Below, piece after piece: positions 37,360 through 48,058 of a stretch of DNA of 64,000 nucleotides. Source of the stretch: Candidatus Poribacteria bacterium (lineage in GTDB: Bacteria; Poribacteria; WGA-4E; WGA-3G); assembly GCA_965261435.1 (NCBI GenBank), contig CBDHDL010000021.1, forward strand, positions 4,379,950 to 4,443,949, written 5' to 3'. The notes under the pieces are model-generated. The model worked only from the letters and a program-made list of their open reading frames with translations. It had not been told where the DNA came from and ran no database searches. Both the position numbers and the translations under genes were made by a program. The stretch's first letter is position 1. Each line of letters begins with the position of its first letter.

Positions 37360-38328
37360 TTATATCAACGAAACAATCCTTTGATATAGATGTGGAACAG
37401 TGACAGAAAAGTCACCGGAAATATGATAACTTTCTCCACCATCCTTTACTGTTCGTATAAGGATAGTTTTCTTTGGTCGGTGATAGTAATGTGCATCAGT
37501 AGGATTCCCTTCATCCTGAAAATCTGGAAAATCTATGAGATCAAAATTCGCTGTTGTAAATTTTCGTATCTCTTCACCATCCTGTGCTGCAATGTTCCGT
37601 GCCATAGATAAACTCTTCAAATAAACTTCAGGTCCCATTACTGCAGAACCCAAATTAAGAAAGACACCACCTTCTAACTTTGAAATAGTCTCCGCGAAAA
37701 TCAGGAAGTCTCTGCCTGATGTCCAACCGATTGCAGCAAAATCTGCTGCAGGATGCTGATCAGTAATGTCAAATCCAATACCCTTATGGACAGTAATAGG
37801 TACTCCTAAACGATAGGCTGCAGCAAATATGCTCACTTCAAGATGAGGAAATTGAATTTTACTTTCTTGATTCTGTATGAGTCGTCCAATAGCATGACCA
37901 TAACCAATTTTGTCTTGGTGACCTCTAATTATTGCCTCATTCAAATACCTTCCTGTCTCTTCCCAGTTACCGAATTTCCCATCACGTATATAAACTTCAA
38001 CATCTTCAAGCGTTGCCCCTATATGTGCCATCTCAAAATCGTGTATCGCACATGCACCATTTGTTGCAATGTGGGTAATCATACCACGTTTCATTAGATC
38101 AATTATAAAGCGTGAATTACCACGACGCATCACATGTGCACCCATCATCCAAACAACCTGTTTTCTGTTCTGATAGGCTTTGACAATACATTCAGCGACG
38201 ATGTTGAGTCGTTCATTTTCATAACGTGGAATGTCACCATCTAACGCATAGATGTGTTCCACAGTCATCTTGTGTTTACGTTGCGATAGCGGTAGAATTG
38301 TAAGGTGAGAACGATCCAAGTAAGACAT
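37360..38328 (-). CDS. hypothetical protein, possibly deoxyhypusine-synthase-like (DHS-like NAD-binding fold)
   Basis: 'VWMMGAHVMRRGNSRFIIDLMKRGMITHIATNGACAIHDFE' is loosely reminiscent of DHS-family motifs. Weak assignment. Confidence 0.3.
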   Translation of the reverse strand: MSYLDRSHLTILPLSQRKHKMTVEHIYALDGDIPRYENERLNIVAECIVKAYQNRKQVVWMMGAHVMRRGNSRFIIDLMKRGMITHIATNGACAIHDFEMAHIGATLEDVEVYIRDGKFGNWEETGRYLNEAIIRGHQDKIGYGHAIGRLIQNQESKIQFPHLEVSIFAAAYRLGVPITVHKGIGFDITDQHPAADFAAIGWTSGRDFLIFAETISKLEGGVFLNLGSAVMGPEVYLKSLSMARNIAAQDGEEIRKFTTANFDLIDFPDFQDEGNPTDAHYYHRPKKTILIRTVKDGGESYHISGDFSVTVPHLYQRIVSLI

Positions 38329-38367
38329 GAACTCAGTATATAACTATAAGGATGGATAGAGAAAGTA

Positions 38368-41300
38368 TCATTCCCGAAACTTGTGCGAAAGTATCTTTGA
38401 CATACCAGCTTGTTCCATTGTTACACCATACATCACATCGGCGATCTCTGTAGTTCGATTGTTATGTGTAATAATTACAAACTGAGTGTTTTCGGAGTAC
38501 GCATTGATTAGATTTGAGAATCGCAAAACATTCGCTTCATCAAGTGCAGCGTCAACTTCATCAAGAACACAGAAAGGACTCGGTTTTAATTTGTAAACGG
38601 CAAAGAGTAATCCAATGGCTACAAGCGAACGCTCACCACCAGATAATTGTGTGATACTCTGTGGACGTTTCCCCGGAGGTCGCGCAATGATGTCTATACC
38701 AGATTCAAGTATATCTGATTCATCAGTTAACCTTAATTCTGTTTCTCCTCCACCGAAGAGTTGTGTAAATACTTCTTGAAAGTTAACTTTTACGATTTCA
38801 AACGACTTTAGGAACTCATCACGTGAAGTTTGGTTGATTTTCTTAATCGCTTGTTCTGTTGAGTGAATGGCATGTACAATATCATCACGTTGCTCAACTT
38901 GGTAATCTAATCTCTTTTGATGTTCTTTATGTGCTTCTATTGCTTTTAAATTTACTGGTCCTAATGCTGAAATTTCTGCTTTTAGTTTTTCAATTCTATC
39001 CATCAGATCAATTTCATCAAGTTCCAAACTTGCAAGTGCTGAAGATTTAGCTTCGTTTTCAGTATCATCATGATCAGAATCTGTCTTCTGTAATTCATCT
39101 ATAGACACTTGATACTTATCAAGAATACGATTTGTTATGTTTTTCAGTTGCATCTCAAGCTGCGTCGTTCTGACCTCAAGCTTCCTTCGATCCCGATTCT
39201 GTCTATCGAACTGATTTCGAGTCTTGCGTATTTCTTTCTGAAGATTCTCAATTTCCTGAAGTAGTGTTTCTCGATCCTCTTTTAATTCATCTAATTTTGC
39301 TTCTGCTTCTGCGCGATCCCCTTCAATCTGCAAAAATTCTCTTTGTGCTGCTTCTATTTTCTCTGATATATCGTGTTTTGATTGTTCATCAGAATCTATG
39401 ATCGCTTGTTGTTCTTCAATGATCTTAAGGATTTGCTGGTGTTGTTCATCAAAGTTAGAAATCTCCACTGTCATACTTTCAATCCTTTGGCGTTGTCCGG
39501 CAAGAAAGATTTCAACGCTTTGACATCTTTCTGTAACATCTTCAAGTTTACGCGTATCACTCTCCATCTGTTCAGACACCCTTTGAATCCAACGTTCTTT
39601 CTGATTCCGTTGTTTTGTCATTTCCTCAATTTCAGTTTTAAGTGTTTCGTATTCTGCACGTGTTGATTCAAACTTTTCCTGAAGTTCAAAGTTCTGTTTC
39701 TCTAATGCATTCAGTGCATTTCTTAGTCTTGTGATATTGTTGTCGGCTTGTTCAATATCTTTTAGGATTCCTGTCTTTTCAATCTGTTTGTCCTGTAATT
39801 GTCCAACAAGTTTTTGTCTGACAATTTGAGAATCGGCGATTATTGATGCATAAGACTTACTTTCTCTGTCCTTCTGATTCACAATTTTCTCTAACTCAAC
39901 AATCTTATCCTGAAGTCCTTCAAGTTCACGTGCGCGACGTAATAAACCACTCTTCTTTTTGTCGTTATATCCACCTGTAATATCCCCTAATGTGTTTATG
40001 AGTTCACCTTCAATTGTAACCAATCTGGCATTATGGCGAAATCTCTTAGTTAGTGCGATTGCATCATCAAGGTTTTCAATGACAAGCGTATTCCCCAATA
40101 AATGTTGTATAGCAATCTCGTAAATATAATCATACTCAACTAATTCTTCTGCAATACCGACTACACCAGGTTCATCAAGTAGTTTATCATCAGAGAATGT
40201 TCTACGTCGAAGGGTATCAAGTGGAAGGAAGGTAACGATACCGGCGCGATGCTTCTTTAGAAAGTCAATCCCACCTCTAACATCCTGAGCAGTTTCCGCA
40301 ATCACATTTTGGATTCGACTACCAAGAGCAACTTCAATCGCAACTTCAAAATCAGTATCCGTATTTATCAACTCTGCAACGACACCACAAATCCCGCTAA
40401 ATTGCTCAGGATAATGCTCTTTCGCTTGCATAATAGCACGAACACCAGCGTAATATCCTTCATAGGTTGATTGTAATTGCTCTAACGATCTATATAGAGA
40501 AGTACTACTTCCTAATTTCTCTTGGTAACCGCGCATCTCGGAATCTATTTTTCGCAGGGCATTTTCCGTTTCCTTTATTTTTTCTTCAATCTTTTCCTTT
40601 TCAGTAGTAATCTGGATTATTTCTGACTCAATTTTTGTTGCAGAACTTTGGATGACTTCCCTTTCATCTGTTGCTGTATTCAATTCTAATTTCAGCGATT
40701 CAGTGTTTTCTTGAAGTTTGTCAAGACTGTCCTGTGAGTTTTTAACACTGTCTTCTATTGATGATCGTCTATTTTCACGTTTAGACAGTTCTAAAGTAAT
40801 TTCCTGCATTTCAGTCTGAGCATTCTGAATAGACTGTTTAGTCTTTTCAACACTCGATGTTAATTCATTTAAGACCTGTCTACGAGCAGATAAACGACTA
40901 TCTTCAATCTTCAATGAAGACTCCAGCTTTTTCTGTTCTTGAATTCGTTGGCGTTTAAGAGACTGCAAGTCAGTAAGCTCACTATTTCTTTCTTCAAGTG
41001 CCTGTATTGCCCTCTGTCTCTGTTGATTAATATTCAGTTGTCGTTCTTTTTCAAGGACTATCTGTCTTTCAACTGTCTCACTTTTCTTGTTTATCTCTCT
41101 GATTTCTTCTTCAGCAGCAGATATCGCAGCGTCAAGTTCTGCTCTTCTATGGGTCTCACTCTCAATTTTCTCATCTGATTCTTGTATATGTTGATTTGCA
41201 TCGGAAACTTCGTTTTGAATAGCATCTAATTTTTTCTGTAATTCGTTATAATCCGAGGCATGTTGTGCATAGTTGCGATATGCTGAACCGAGTTCTAATT

Positions 41301-41970
41301 GTTTAAGTTCCTCTTTTAAGGATTGACTGTGCTCTGCTTGTTCTGCTTGTTCCTTAAGTGATAAATTCTCACGTTCTAATTCTTGAATAACATCATTGAT
41401 GCGAACTAAGTTTTGTTTTGTTGCTTCTAATTTTCGAATAGCAGTTTTTCTGTTATGCTTATATTTTGTGATACCTGCTACTTCATCAAATAGGAAACGT
41501 CTTTCCTCTGGACGAACGTTGAGAATCAAATCTATTTTACTTTGTTCCATAACAGAGTAAGCATCAACACCTACACCTGTATCCATAAAGAGTTCACTGA
41601 TATCTCTCAGTCTACAAGGAGTTTTATTTATTAGATAACTGCTCTCTCCATCACGAGTTAACTGTCGACATACCTCAACTTCTGGTGTTTCAAGAGAAAG
41701 ATTTTGGGTTATATTTGTAAATGAAAGAGTTACTGTTGCTTTCTGAGCGGGTTTAAAGTTTGCACCACCGTTAAACAGTAAGTCACGCATATTTGTAGAA
41801 CGAAGCGCACGTGCGCTCTGTTCACCAAGTACCCAACGTATTGCATCTGAGACGTTGCTTTTACCACATCCGTTTGGACCAACAATAGCAGTAATTCCGG
41901 GCTCAAGGATCAACTCAACCTCTTCAGCAAAACTTTTAAATCCACTAATTTTGATGCTTTTTAAATGCAA
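38368..41970 (-). CDS. smc: chromosome segregation protein SMC
   Basis: 'MHLKSIKISGFKSFAEEVELILEPGITAIVGPNGCGKSNVSDAIRWVLGEQS' is the Walker A head. 1200 aa with long coiled coils, a hinge, and the C-terminal 'LSGGERSLVAIGLLFA...VLDEVDAALD'. Confidence 0.9.
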   Translation of the reverse strand: MHLKSIKISGFKSFAEEVELILEPGITAIVGPNGCGKSNVSDAIRWVLGEQSARALRSTNMRDLLFNGGANFKPAQKATVTLSFTNITQNLSLETPEVEVCRQLTRDGESSYLINKTPCRLRDISELFMDTGVGVDAYSVMEQSKIDLILNVRPEERRFLFDEVAGITKYKHNRKTAIRKLEATKQNLVRINDVIQELERENLSLKEQAEQAEHSQSLKEELKQLELGSAYRNYAQHASDYNELQKKLDAIQNEVSDANQHIQESDEKIESETHRRAELDAAISAAEEEIREINKKSETVERQIVLEKERQLNINQQRQRAIQALEERNSELTDLQSLKRQRIQEQKKLESSLKIEDSRLSARRQVLNELTSSVEKTKQSIQNAQTEMQEITLELSKRENRRSSIEDSVKNSQDSLDKLQENTESLKLELNTATDEREVIQSSATKIESEIIQITTEKEKIEEKIKETENALRKIDSEMRGYQEKLGSSTSLYRSLEQLQSTYEGYYAGVRAIMQAKEHYPEQFSGICGVVAELINTDTDFEVAIEVALGSRIQNVIAETAQDVRGGIDFLKKHRAGIVTFLPLDTLRRRTFSDDKLLDEPGVVGIAEELVEYDYIYEIAIQHLLGNTLVIENLDDAIALTKRFRHNARLVTIEGELINTLGDITGGYNDKKKSGLLRRARELEGLQDKIVELEKIVNQKDRESKSYASIIADSQIVRQKLVGQLQDKQIEKTGILKDIEQADNNITRLRNALNALEKQNFELQEKFESTRAEYETLKTEIEEMTKQRNQKERWIQRVSEQMESDTRKLEDVTERCQSVEIFLAGQRQRIESMTVEISNFDEQHQQILKIIEEQQAIIDSDEQSKHDISEKIEAAQREFLQIEGDRAEAEAKLDELKEDRETLLQEIENLQKEIRKTRNQFDRQNRDRRKLEVRTTQLEMQLKNITNRILDKYQVSIDELQKTDSDHDDTENEAKSSALASLELDEIDLMDRIEKLKAEISALGPVNLKAIEAHKEHQKRLDYQVEQRDDIVHAIHSTEQAIKKINQTSRDEFLKSFEIVKVNFQEVFTQLFGGGETELRLTDESDILESGIDIIARPPGKRPQSITQLSGGERSLVAIGLLFAVYKLKPSPFCVLDEVDAALDEANVLRFSNLINAYSENTQFVIITHNNRTTEIADVMYGVTMEQAGMSKILSHKFRE

Positions 41971-42072
41971 AAGATGCCTCCTACAAGATTATCATTGGAA
42001 TCTGACACTTATATTAACGCTTTATTATCTTGTATTTAACCTATTATCTATTACGAATAAAGTCTGATAAGG

Positions 42073-42876
42073 TTACAATTCTGCGATTGGAGTTCGCGCA
42101 AGTGTCAACACATCAACCTCCGTTGGATCAGCACTCCAAAGTACATTCACGGCTTCACTCACTGTAGCACCTGTGGTGAATACATCATCAAAAAGAAGAA
42201 TCTTCTTACCTTGAATCTGCTCTTCATTAGATAATTCAAAGGCACCAATAATATTTTGCAAACGTTTGTCCCTATCAAGACTACTCTGTGGTGAGGTGTT
42301 CCTTCTCCGAATTAGCACATCTGTGCTAACTTCTACTTTATGCTTTTTTGAGATGCCTTTGGATAGGATATAGGATTGGTTAAAACCACGTTCATTCAAA
42401 CGCTGCTTATGGATTGGTATCGGTATGATGTAATCATAATCAGCAATGTTACAATCTGATGGGATATTATTGATTATTATCTGTATAAGAAACTTTGCTA
42501 AGTATATCCGTCTTTCAAATTTGAAAAGATGTATTGCCTGCTGTAATGCTCCTTCATAAAAAGCAATCGTTCGTAGCTTACCAAAACGTGGTGGTTTGTC
42601 ATTACAGTCAGCACATGTACCGTTTATCTTTGGTGTACCGCATAAATCACACCACGGTTGTAAGACAAAATCTATGTTATTCCAACATTTATCACACATA
42701 TATGGAACAGTCTCAAGGCCAATCTGATTCTTGCAGATTCGACATTGGGTTGGATAGAGGAAATTTATAGCGGTGTTGATTGTCTGATGAAGAATATCTG
42801 ATCGTAATAACATAAAAATGTAACTCGTTATTTTAGAGTGCAGAATTACTTTAACATAAGTAGGATAAGTTGTCAA
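42073..42876 (-). CDS. comF: ComF-family phosphoribosyltransferase-domain protein
   Basis: N-terminal Cys4 zinc ribbon (CRICKN...CDKCW...CDLCG...CADC). C-terminal PRTase motif 'KKILLFDDVFTTGATVSEA'. Confidence 0.7.
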   Translation of the reverse strand: MTTYPTYVKVILHSKITSYIFMLLRSDILHQTINTAINFLYPTQCRICKNQIGLETVPYMCDKCWNNIDFVLQPWCDLCGTPKINGTCADCNDKPPRFGKLRTIAFYEGALQQAIHLFKFERRIYLAKFLIQIIINNIPSDCNIADYDYIIPIPIHKQRLNERGFNQSYILSKGISKKHKVEVSTDVLIRRRNTSPQSSLDRDKRLQNIIGAFELSNEEQIQGKKILLFDDVFTTGATVSEAVNVLWSADPTEVDVLTLARTPIAEL

Positions 42877-42959
42877 GATGGTTAATTCCTATATTTTATC
42901 CCTTTTTTCAAGCATTAATTCTCATTACATGCTATGATATGGATTAAGAAAACAGAACC

Positions 42960-43754
42960 ATGAAGAAAATCATTCTTATCACTTGTCTATTGATATTATC
43001 TATAGTTAGTGTCATCTTCCTATACCATTATAGAGTTGAAACTGATTATCGTCATCATACAACGTTGAGTGATACACCATTTTCGCACGACCTATTCAAT
43101 CAGGTGCTGCAAGAAAACGTTGTTAGGAATTTGGTTGATTACACAAACATAAAAGAGAATCCAAAGAATTTTGAGGACTATTTAGACATATTGGCAAGTG
43201 CAGAACCAAATCAGATGTCTTTTTACGAACAGATGGCATTTTGGATAAATGCTTACAATGCACTTATCATCAAAGGTGTAATTGACCACTATCCAACAAA
43301 GAGCGTGCGAAGAGTTAAACTCTTTGGTGGTTTTTTCTCGCGTCTTAAGTTCAATGTGGCAGGTGAAATGTATACACTCAATCAGATAGAACACGACATC
43401 ATCAGGAAAGAATATGTTGATGCACGAGTCCACTTCGCGCTCGTATGTGCATCTAATAGTTGTCCGCCATTAGGAGATTCTGTCTTTCTACCAGATCAAA
43501 TTGAGGAACAGTTAGAGGAAGTTACGCTGAAATTTATATCCAACTCAGAAAAGGTTAGGTTAGATCGTGATAACCACATAGTATTTCTCTCAAAGATTTT
43601 CAAATGGTATAAAGAAGATTTTACTGAAGGATATGATGGAGTAAAGGATTTTCTCGCTGATTACCTACCACAAGAAGACGCTGATTTTGTATTAAGGGAA
43701 GATGTCAAGATTCAGTATTTAGATTATGATTGGTCACTTAATGACAAAAAATAG
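42960..43754 (+). CDS. DUF547-domain protein
   Basis: 'MAFWINAYNALIIKGVIDHYP' and 'HFALVCASNSCPPL' are DUF547 hallmarks. N-terminal TM/signal. Confidence 0.7.
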   Translation: MKKIILITCLLILSIVSVIFLYHYRVETDYRHHTTLSDTPFSHDLFNQVLQENVVRNLVDYTNIKENPKNFEDYLDILASAEPNQMSFYEQMAFWINAYNALIIKGVIDHYPTKSVRRVKLFGGFFSRLKFNVAGEMYTLNQIEHDIIRKEYVDARVHFALVCASNSCPPLGDSVFLPDQIEEQLEEVTLKFISNSEKVRLDRDNHIVFLSKIFKWYKEDFTEGYDGVKDFLADYLPQEDADFVLREDVKIQYLDYDWSLNDKK

Positions 43755-43799
43755 AAAGGTGATATGTCGGTAATTTCTTGATGCCGACATTGAATAAAT

Positions 43800-44834
43800 A
43801 TGATTAATACCGCTGTTATTGGTTATGGATACGCTGGTCGTGCATTTCATTCCTATCTTATCGGTTTAGCAGATGGGTTGAATTTACATGCAATCGCAAC
43901 ACGAAATGAAGAACGTAGGGAAGCTGCACGGGAAGCCTATCCTAACGCAAAGATATATAACACAATTGATGAAGTCATAGCAGATGATGCTATTGACCTC
44001 GTCGTTTTGGCAACTCCACACGACACCCATGCAGAACTTGGTATTAAAGCAATGGACGCAGGGAAACACCTTGTCACAGACAAAATCATTGCAATGAACA
44101 CTGCAGAAGTCGATGCTATGATTGAGTCAAGTGAACGTAACGATGTCATGTTAAGCGTTTTCCACAATCGCCGATGGGATTGGGACTACCTAACAGTGAA
44201 AAAAGTCATCGCTGATGGTTTGCTCGGAACACCATACCTATTTCAAGTAGGAATCATGCGGTACGGAGCACCAGGCGGTTGGCGGGGTGTCAAGAACCAG
44301 AGTGGCGGAATCCTATATGATTGGCCTGCACATTTCGTGGATCAAGCATTGCAATTCGGTGAAGTACCTGTGGAATCCGTTTACTGTGATATTCATTACA
44401 ACACAAAATGGGATACAGACATTGGTAATTATGGAAATCTATACATAAAATTTGAGAATGATCTCAGGTATCAAATTGAGATTAGCAATCTATCTAAGGC
44501 AGAGAAACCCCGTTGGTATGTAATCGGTGATGAAGGCGGTCTAATTAAATATGGCTTGGACCCACAAGAAGGTCCAATGCGTGATGGTGATATAGACTCC
44601 GCAGAAGAAGACCCGGCAAATTATGCTAAAGTCTGGACTGAAGCTGGTGGTGAAAGACGTGAACTTGTCATAGAAAGTGTGCGCGGTACTTGGAAGTCTT
44701 ACTATCAAAATATATCTGATGTATTAAACAGTGGTGCAGAATTGGTTGTCAAACCGGAAGAAATGCGGAGAGTCATGCAGGTTTATGATGCTGCAATGGA
44801 ATCCGCAGAAACTGGTCAAGCAGTCCAATTTTAG
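43800..44834 (+). CDS. Gfo/Idh/MocA family oxidoreductase
   Basis: 'MINTAVIGYGYAGRAFH' N-terminal Rossmann fold. 'TDKIIA' motif present. Confidence 0.8.
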   Translation: MINTAVIGYGYAGRAFHSYLIGLADGLNLHAIATRNEERREAAREAYPNAKIYNTIDEVIADDAIDLVVLATPHDTHAELGIKAMDAGKHLVTDKIIAMNTAEVDAMIESSERNDVMLSVFHNRRWDWDYLTVKKVIADGLLGTPYLFQVGIMRYGAPGGWRGVKNQSGGILYDWPAHFVDQALQFGEVPVESVYCDIHYNTKWDTDIGNYGNLYIKFENDLRYQIEISNLSKAEKPRWYVIGDEGGLIKYGLDPQEGPMRDGDIDSAEEDPANYAKVWTEAGGERRELVIESVRGTWKSYYQNISDVLNSGAELVVKPEEMRRVMQVYDAAMESAETGQAVQF

Positions 44835-44954
44835 TTCCTTTCTGTTGGATTTCATCGCATTCTTGTGAATTGAGGGAATGATTCATCGCTTATGTTCCTA
44901 CTGAGGGCACCTACCTGACTGCATCTAAGTCTGTATTGTACATATACCAGTTTC

Positions 44955-47747
44955 ATGTTGACTTATATTTTGAGGTATACAGTGAAAAAAGCAACATATT
45001 TTCTGCTAATTCAAGTACTCGTCTTTGTATTCTCTTTATCCATTACATTTGGAGAAGATCCATCAAATTGGCATTTACCTGACGGTACAATAGCACGTCT
45101 TGGTAAAGGTAACATCAATAAAATCCAATATTCTCCAGACGGTAAAATCTTGGCTGCGGCAACAGATATAGGAATCTGGTTATATGAAACAGATACATAT
45201 AAAGAAATTGCTTTGCTCGGTGCCCATACTGAAAGTATTAAGACTATAGATTTTAGTGCTGATGGCAGTATACTTGCTTATGATAGTTCTACAAAGGTTG
45301 TATTATGGGATATGGTGAAGCAATCCCAAAAATCAGTCATAGAAGTTTCTAATGATAGGGATGAACTCTGTGTGGCAATTAGTCCTGATGGAAAAACAAT
45401 TGCGTGTGGATCTTATTATGGGACGACAAATCTATATGATGTAGATACAGGTATAATGAAAGCAACATATAGCAGCGAACATAATGTTACGGGTGTAGAT
45501 TTCAGTCCTGATGGTCAATTTCTACTCATAGAAGACACTGACAGTTTAAGAAGTAAATCAATTAGTTTACGCAACGTTTTGACAGGTAAAGAAATCCACA
45601 GTATAAACGTGTCTGATGATGATGTAAACGGTGTTGCGTTTAGTCCGGATGGAAAACTTATTGCATCCACAGGTGAGAAAAAAGATCAACTCTTATTGTG
45701 GAATGCAGAACATGCTTCAGACGATGAACAGAAAAAGATAGTATATTGTTACACATCGTACAGCTTGACATTTAGTCCGGATAGTAAAATGCTTGCTATT
45801 GGACAGTTAGGTGAAGTTTCACTCATTGATCCGAATACTGGCAAACGAATCGGATTCCACACTCCAAATACTGAAGAAGTCATCAGTGTTGCATTTAGTC
45901 CAGATGGCAAAACGCTTGCAAGTGCCACCGACCATCAAATCTATTTATGGGATATTGTCAGGGCACAACCGATAGCTACTTTTAACTCTGAAAGTGATAA
46001 GAATGTAAAAAGTATAGCAATTAGTCCTGATGGCAGTATTATTGCAAGCGGCGGATTTGACGACAGTTTAACACTATGGGATGCTGTAACCAGAGTTAAG
46101 AAGAACAAATTTGAATTTGAAACAGGTGCTGTCAATAATATTGCATTCTCACCAAACGGCAATACAGTTGCAGTTGCAACAAAAGGGGTTGTGCATTTAT
46201 TGGATAGACCTACAGGACAGATGAACCCCTTACGACTTCCACATTTAGGTAGAATTTTTAGTTTGATGTATAGTCCGGATGGGAAAACTCTTGCTTGTAG
46301 TGGTCACAACGGTTTAGTAATCATAATTGATGTTGCTACAGGTAAACAGAGGATGACATTGCGGGGACATGATGATAACGTCAATAGAGTAGTATTTAAT
46401 CCAGAAGGCACTCTACTTGCATCTGGCGGAGACGATGAAAAAGTCATTCTGTGGGACGCTATGACTGGAGAAAAACTACACGTGCACACTGCTTATGATT
46501 CTGAAGTCTGGAGTCTAACATTCAGTCCTGATGGAAACACGATTGCAGTTGGTGGAAGAAGTTATAAAATCGGTCTTTTGGATGTCAAAACGCATGAATA
46601 TTCTAAGATTTCAGACAGAATATCCTCAATAACAGACATGTCATATAGCTCCGATGGAAAAAGTTTAGTAACTTCAAGCATGCGTGGATTACACTTGTGG
46701 GATATGGAAAAAGGAAGGACGATAGCAGCATTTATCGGACACGAAGGCACTGTTACATGTGCAAGATTTAATCCTATAGACGGATCAATCGTCAGTGGAG
46801 GGGTAGATGGAACAGTACGTATGTGGAACAGCATAGGTGGAGGATTCAGAGACATTGCAATAGGTTTCATTGAAGATGTCTCAAGTGTTGCCTACCATCC
46901 AGATGGAAAAACTTTCGCAACGACCGGCGGAAAACATGCTGTAAGACTATGGGATTCAACAACCAATCAACTAAAATCTGTATTTGGATGGGAATGGGCA
47001 CCACAAACAATCGCTTTTAGTCCTAACGGCAATCAGATAGCAACTGCTGGATTGTCAGACGAGGTTAGATTATGGGATGCAAATACAGGAGAACAACTTG
47101 CTGTATTTAAAGAACATACAAAGGCTATTGAAAGTCTTGATTTTAGTCCTGATGGAAAAACTATCGTAAGTGGTGATCGAGATGGATTGGTTGTGATTTG
47201 GGATTTAACCAAGAATGAACAACTCCATATCTTTAAGGGACATCAGAGAGGAAACCGCATTAACTTCTATGAATGGGTAAATGGTGTAGCATTTACTCCT
47301 GATGGACAAAAACTTGCTACTGCAAGTCATGAAGTAATCTTGCTGTGGAACACCACTGATAGAGAATACATAGAAATCAAAGCGGAAAAACCTGGAAATC
47401 AATGTATTGACATCCACCCTTATGGAAGTCTACTTGCTGTTGGCCACTATGATGGAGTCTTTTTGTGGCATGCGACAACTGGCAAGAAAATTGCAAAATT
47501 AGAAGGACACAGCGGCACGGTAATTTCTGTTGCTTTTAGTCCTGATGCAAGATTCCTTGCCAGTGGTGGAGGGGGTTCTGACAATAAGATAATCCTATGG
47601 GATATCACAACGACTCAGGAAATCACTAAATTGTCTGGACATACAGACGGCGTCAGATCTGTTGCATTCAATCCGGATGGTAACACGCTCGTAAGTGGCA
47701 GTTGGGATGGAACAGCACTTATATGGGATATTTCTAAATACAGGTAG
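44955..47747 (+). CDS. WD40/beta-propeller repeat protein (930 aa, ~20 repeats), secreted or membrane-anchored
   Basis: N-terminal hydrophobic segment. Iterated '(A)FSPDGKTLAS...LWD' WD-repeat units throughout. Confidence 0.8.
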   Translation: MLTYILRYTVKKATYFLLIQVLVFVFSLSITFGEDPSNWHLPDGTIARLGKGNINKIQYSPDGKILAAATDIGIWLYETDTYKEIALLGAHTESIKTIDFSADGSILAYDSSTKVVLWDMVKQSQKSVIEVSNDRDELCVAISPDGKTIACGSYYGTTNLYDVDTGIMKATYSSEHNVTGVDFSPDGQFLLIEDTDSLRSKSISLRNVLTGKEIHSINVSDDDVNGVAFSPDGKLIASTGEKKDQLLLWNAEHASDDEQKKIVYCYTSYSLTFSPDSKMLAIGQLGEVSLIDPNTGKRIGFHTPNTEEVISVAFSPDGKTLASATDHQIYLWDIVRAQPIATFNSESDKNVKSIAISPDGSIIASGGFDDSLTLWDAVTRVKKNKFEFETGAVNNIAFSPNGNTVAVATKGVVHLLDRPTGQMNPLRLPHLGRIFSLMYSPDGKTLACSGHNGLVIIIDVATGKQRMTLRGHDDNVNRVVFNPEGTLLASGGDDEKVILWDAMTGEKLHVHTAYDSEVWSLTFSPDGNTIAVGGRSYKIGLLDVKTHEYSKISDRISSITDMSYSSDGKSLVTSSMRGLHLWDMEKGRTIAAFIGHEGTVTCARFNPIDGSIVSGGVDGTVRMWNSIGGGFRDIAIGFIEDVSSVAYHPDGKTFATTGGKHAVRLWDSTTNQLKSVFGWEWAPQTIAFSPNGNQIATAGLSDEVRLWDANTGEQLAVFKEHTKAIESLDFSPDGKTIVSGDRDGLVVIWDLTKNEQLHIFKGHQRGNRINFYEWVNGVAFTPDGQKLATASHEVILLWNTTDREYIEIKAEKPGNQCIDIHPYGSLLAVGHYDGVFLWHATTGKKIAKLEGHSGTVISVAFSPDARFLASGGGGSDNKIILWDITTTQEITKLSGHTDGVRSVAFNPDGNTLVSGSWDGTALIWDISKYR

Positions 47748-47882
47748 TTCTACTTTATTGGATTTATTGAGAAACAAGATAAACTGTTCAAATTATGGTC
47801 AATACTGTCCAAATTGTGACATAGTGTGTGATATTGAGATTGTTTAATGTTATAACACTTGTGGACTGTCCAATCTTAACTT

Positions 47883-47963
47883 GTAGGTCGGGTAGAGGAA
47901 CGAAACCCGACATGATAGACATAATCATTACGTGTCGGGTTTCGTTCCTCTACCCGACCTACT
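47883..47963. repeat. long perfect hairpin / palindromic element (30-bp arms GTAGGTCGGGTAGAGGAACGAAACCCGACA, 20-nt loop); paralog of 17791-17870
   Basis: The arms are exact reverse complements. They differ from the 17791 copy by compensatory changes on both arms (CGAAGCG versus GAACG). Confidence 0.85.
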
Positions 47964-48058
47964 TATTTAGTCTGGACTATCCATTAGACATTATACTGTT
48001 TTCGCTTTTGGCATCAGATTTGCTCAGACATGAGCACATACATTAGAGGAGATACAAA

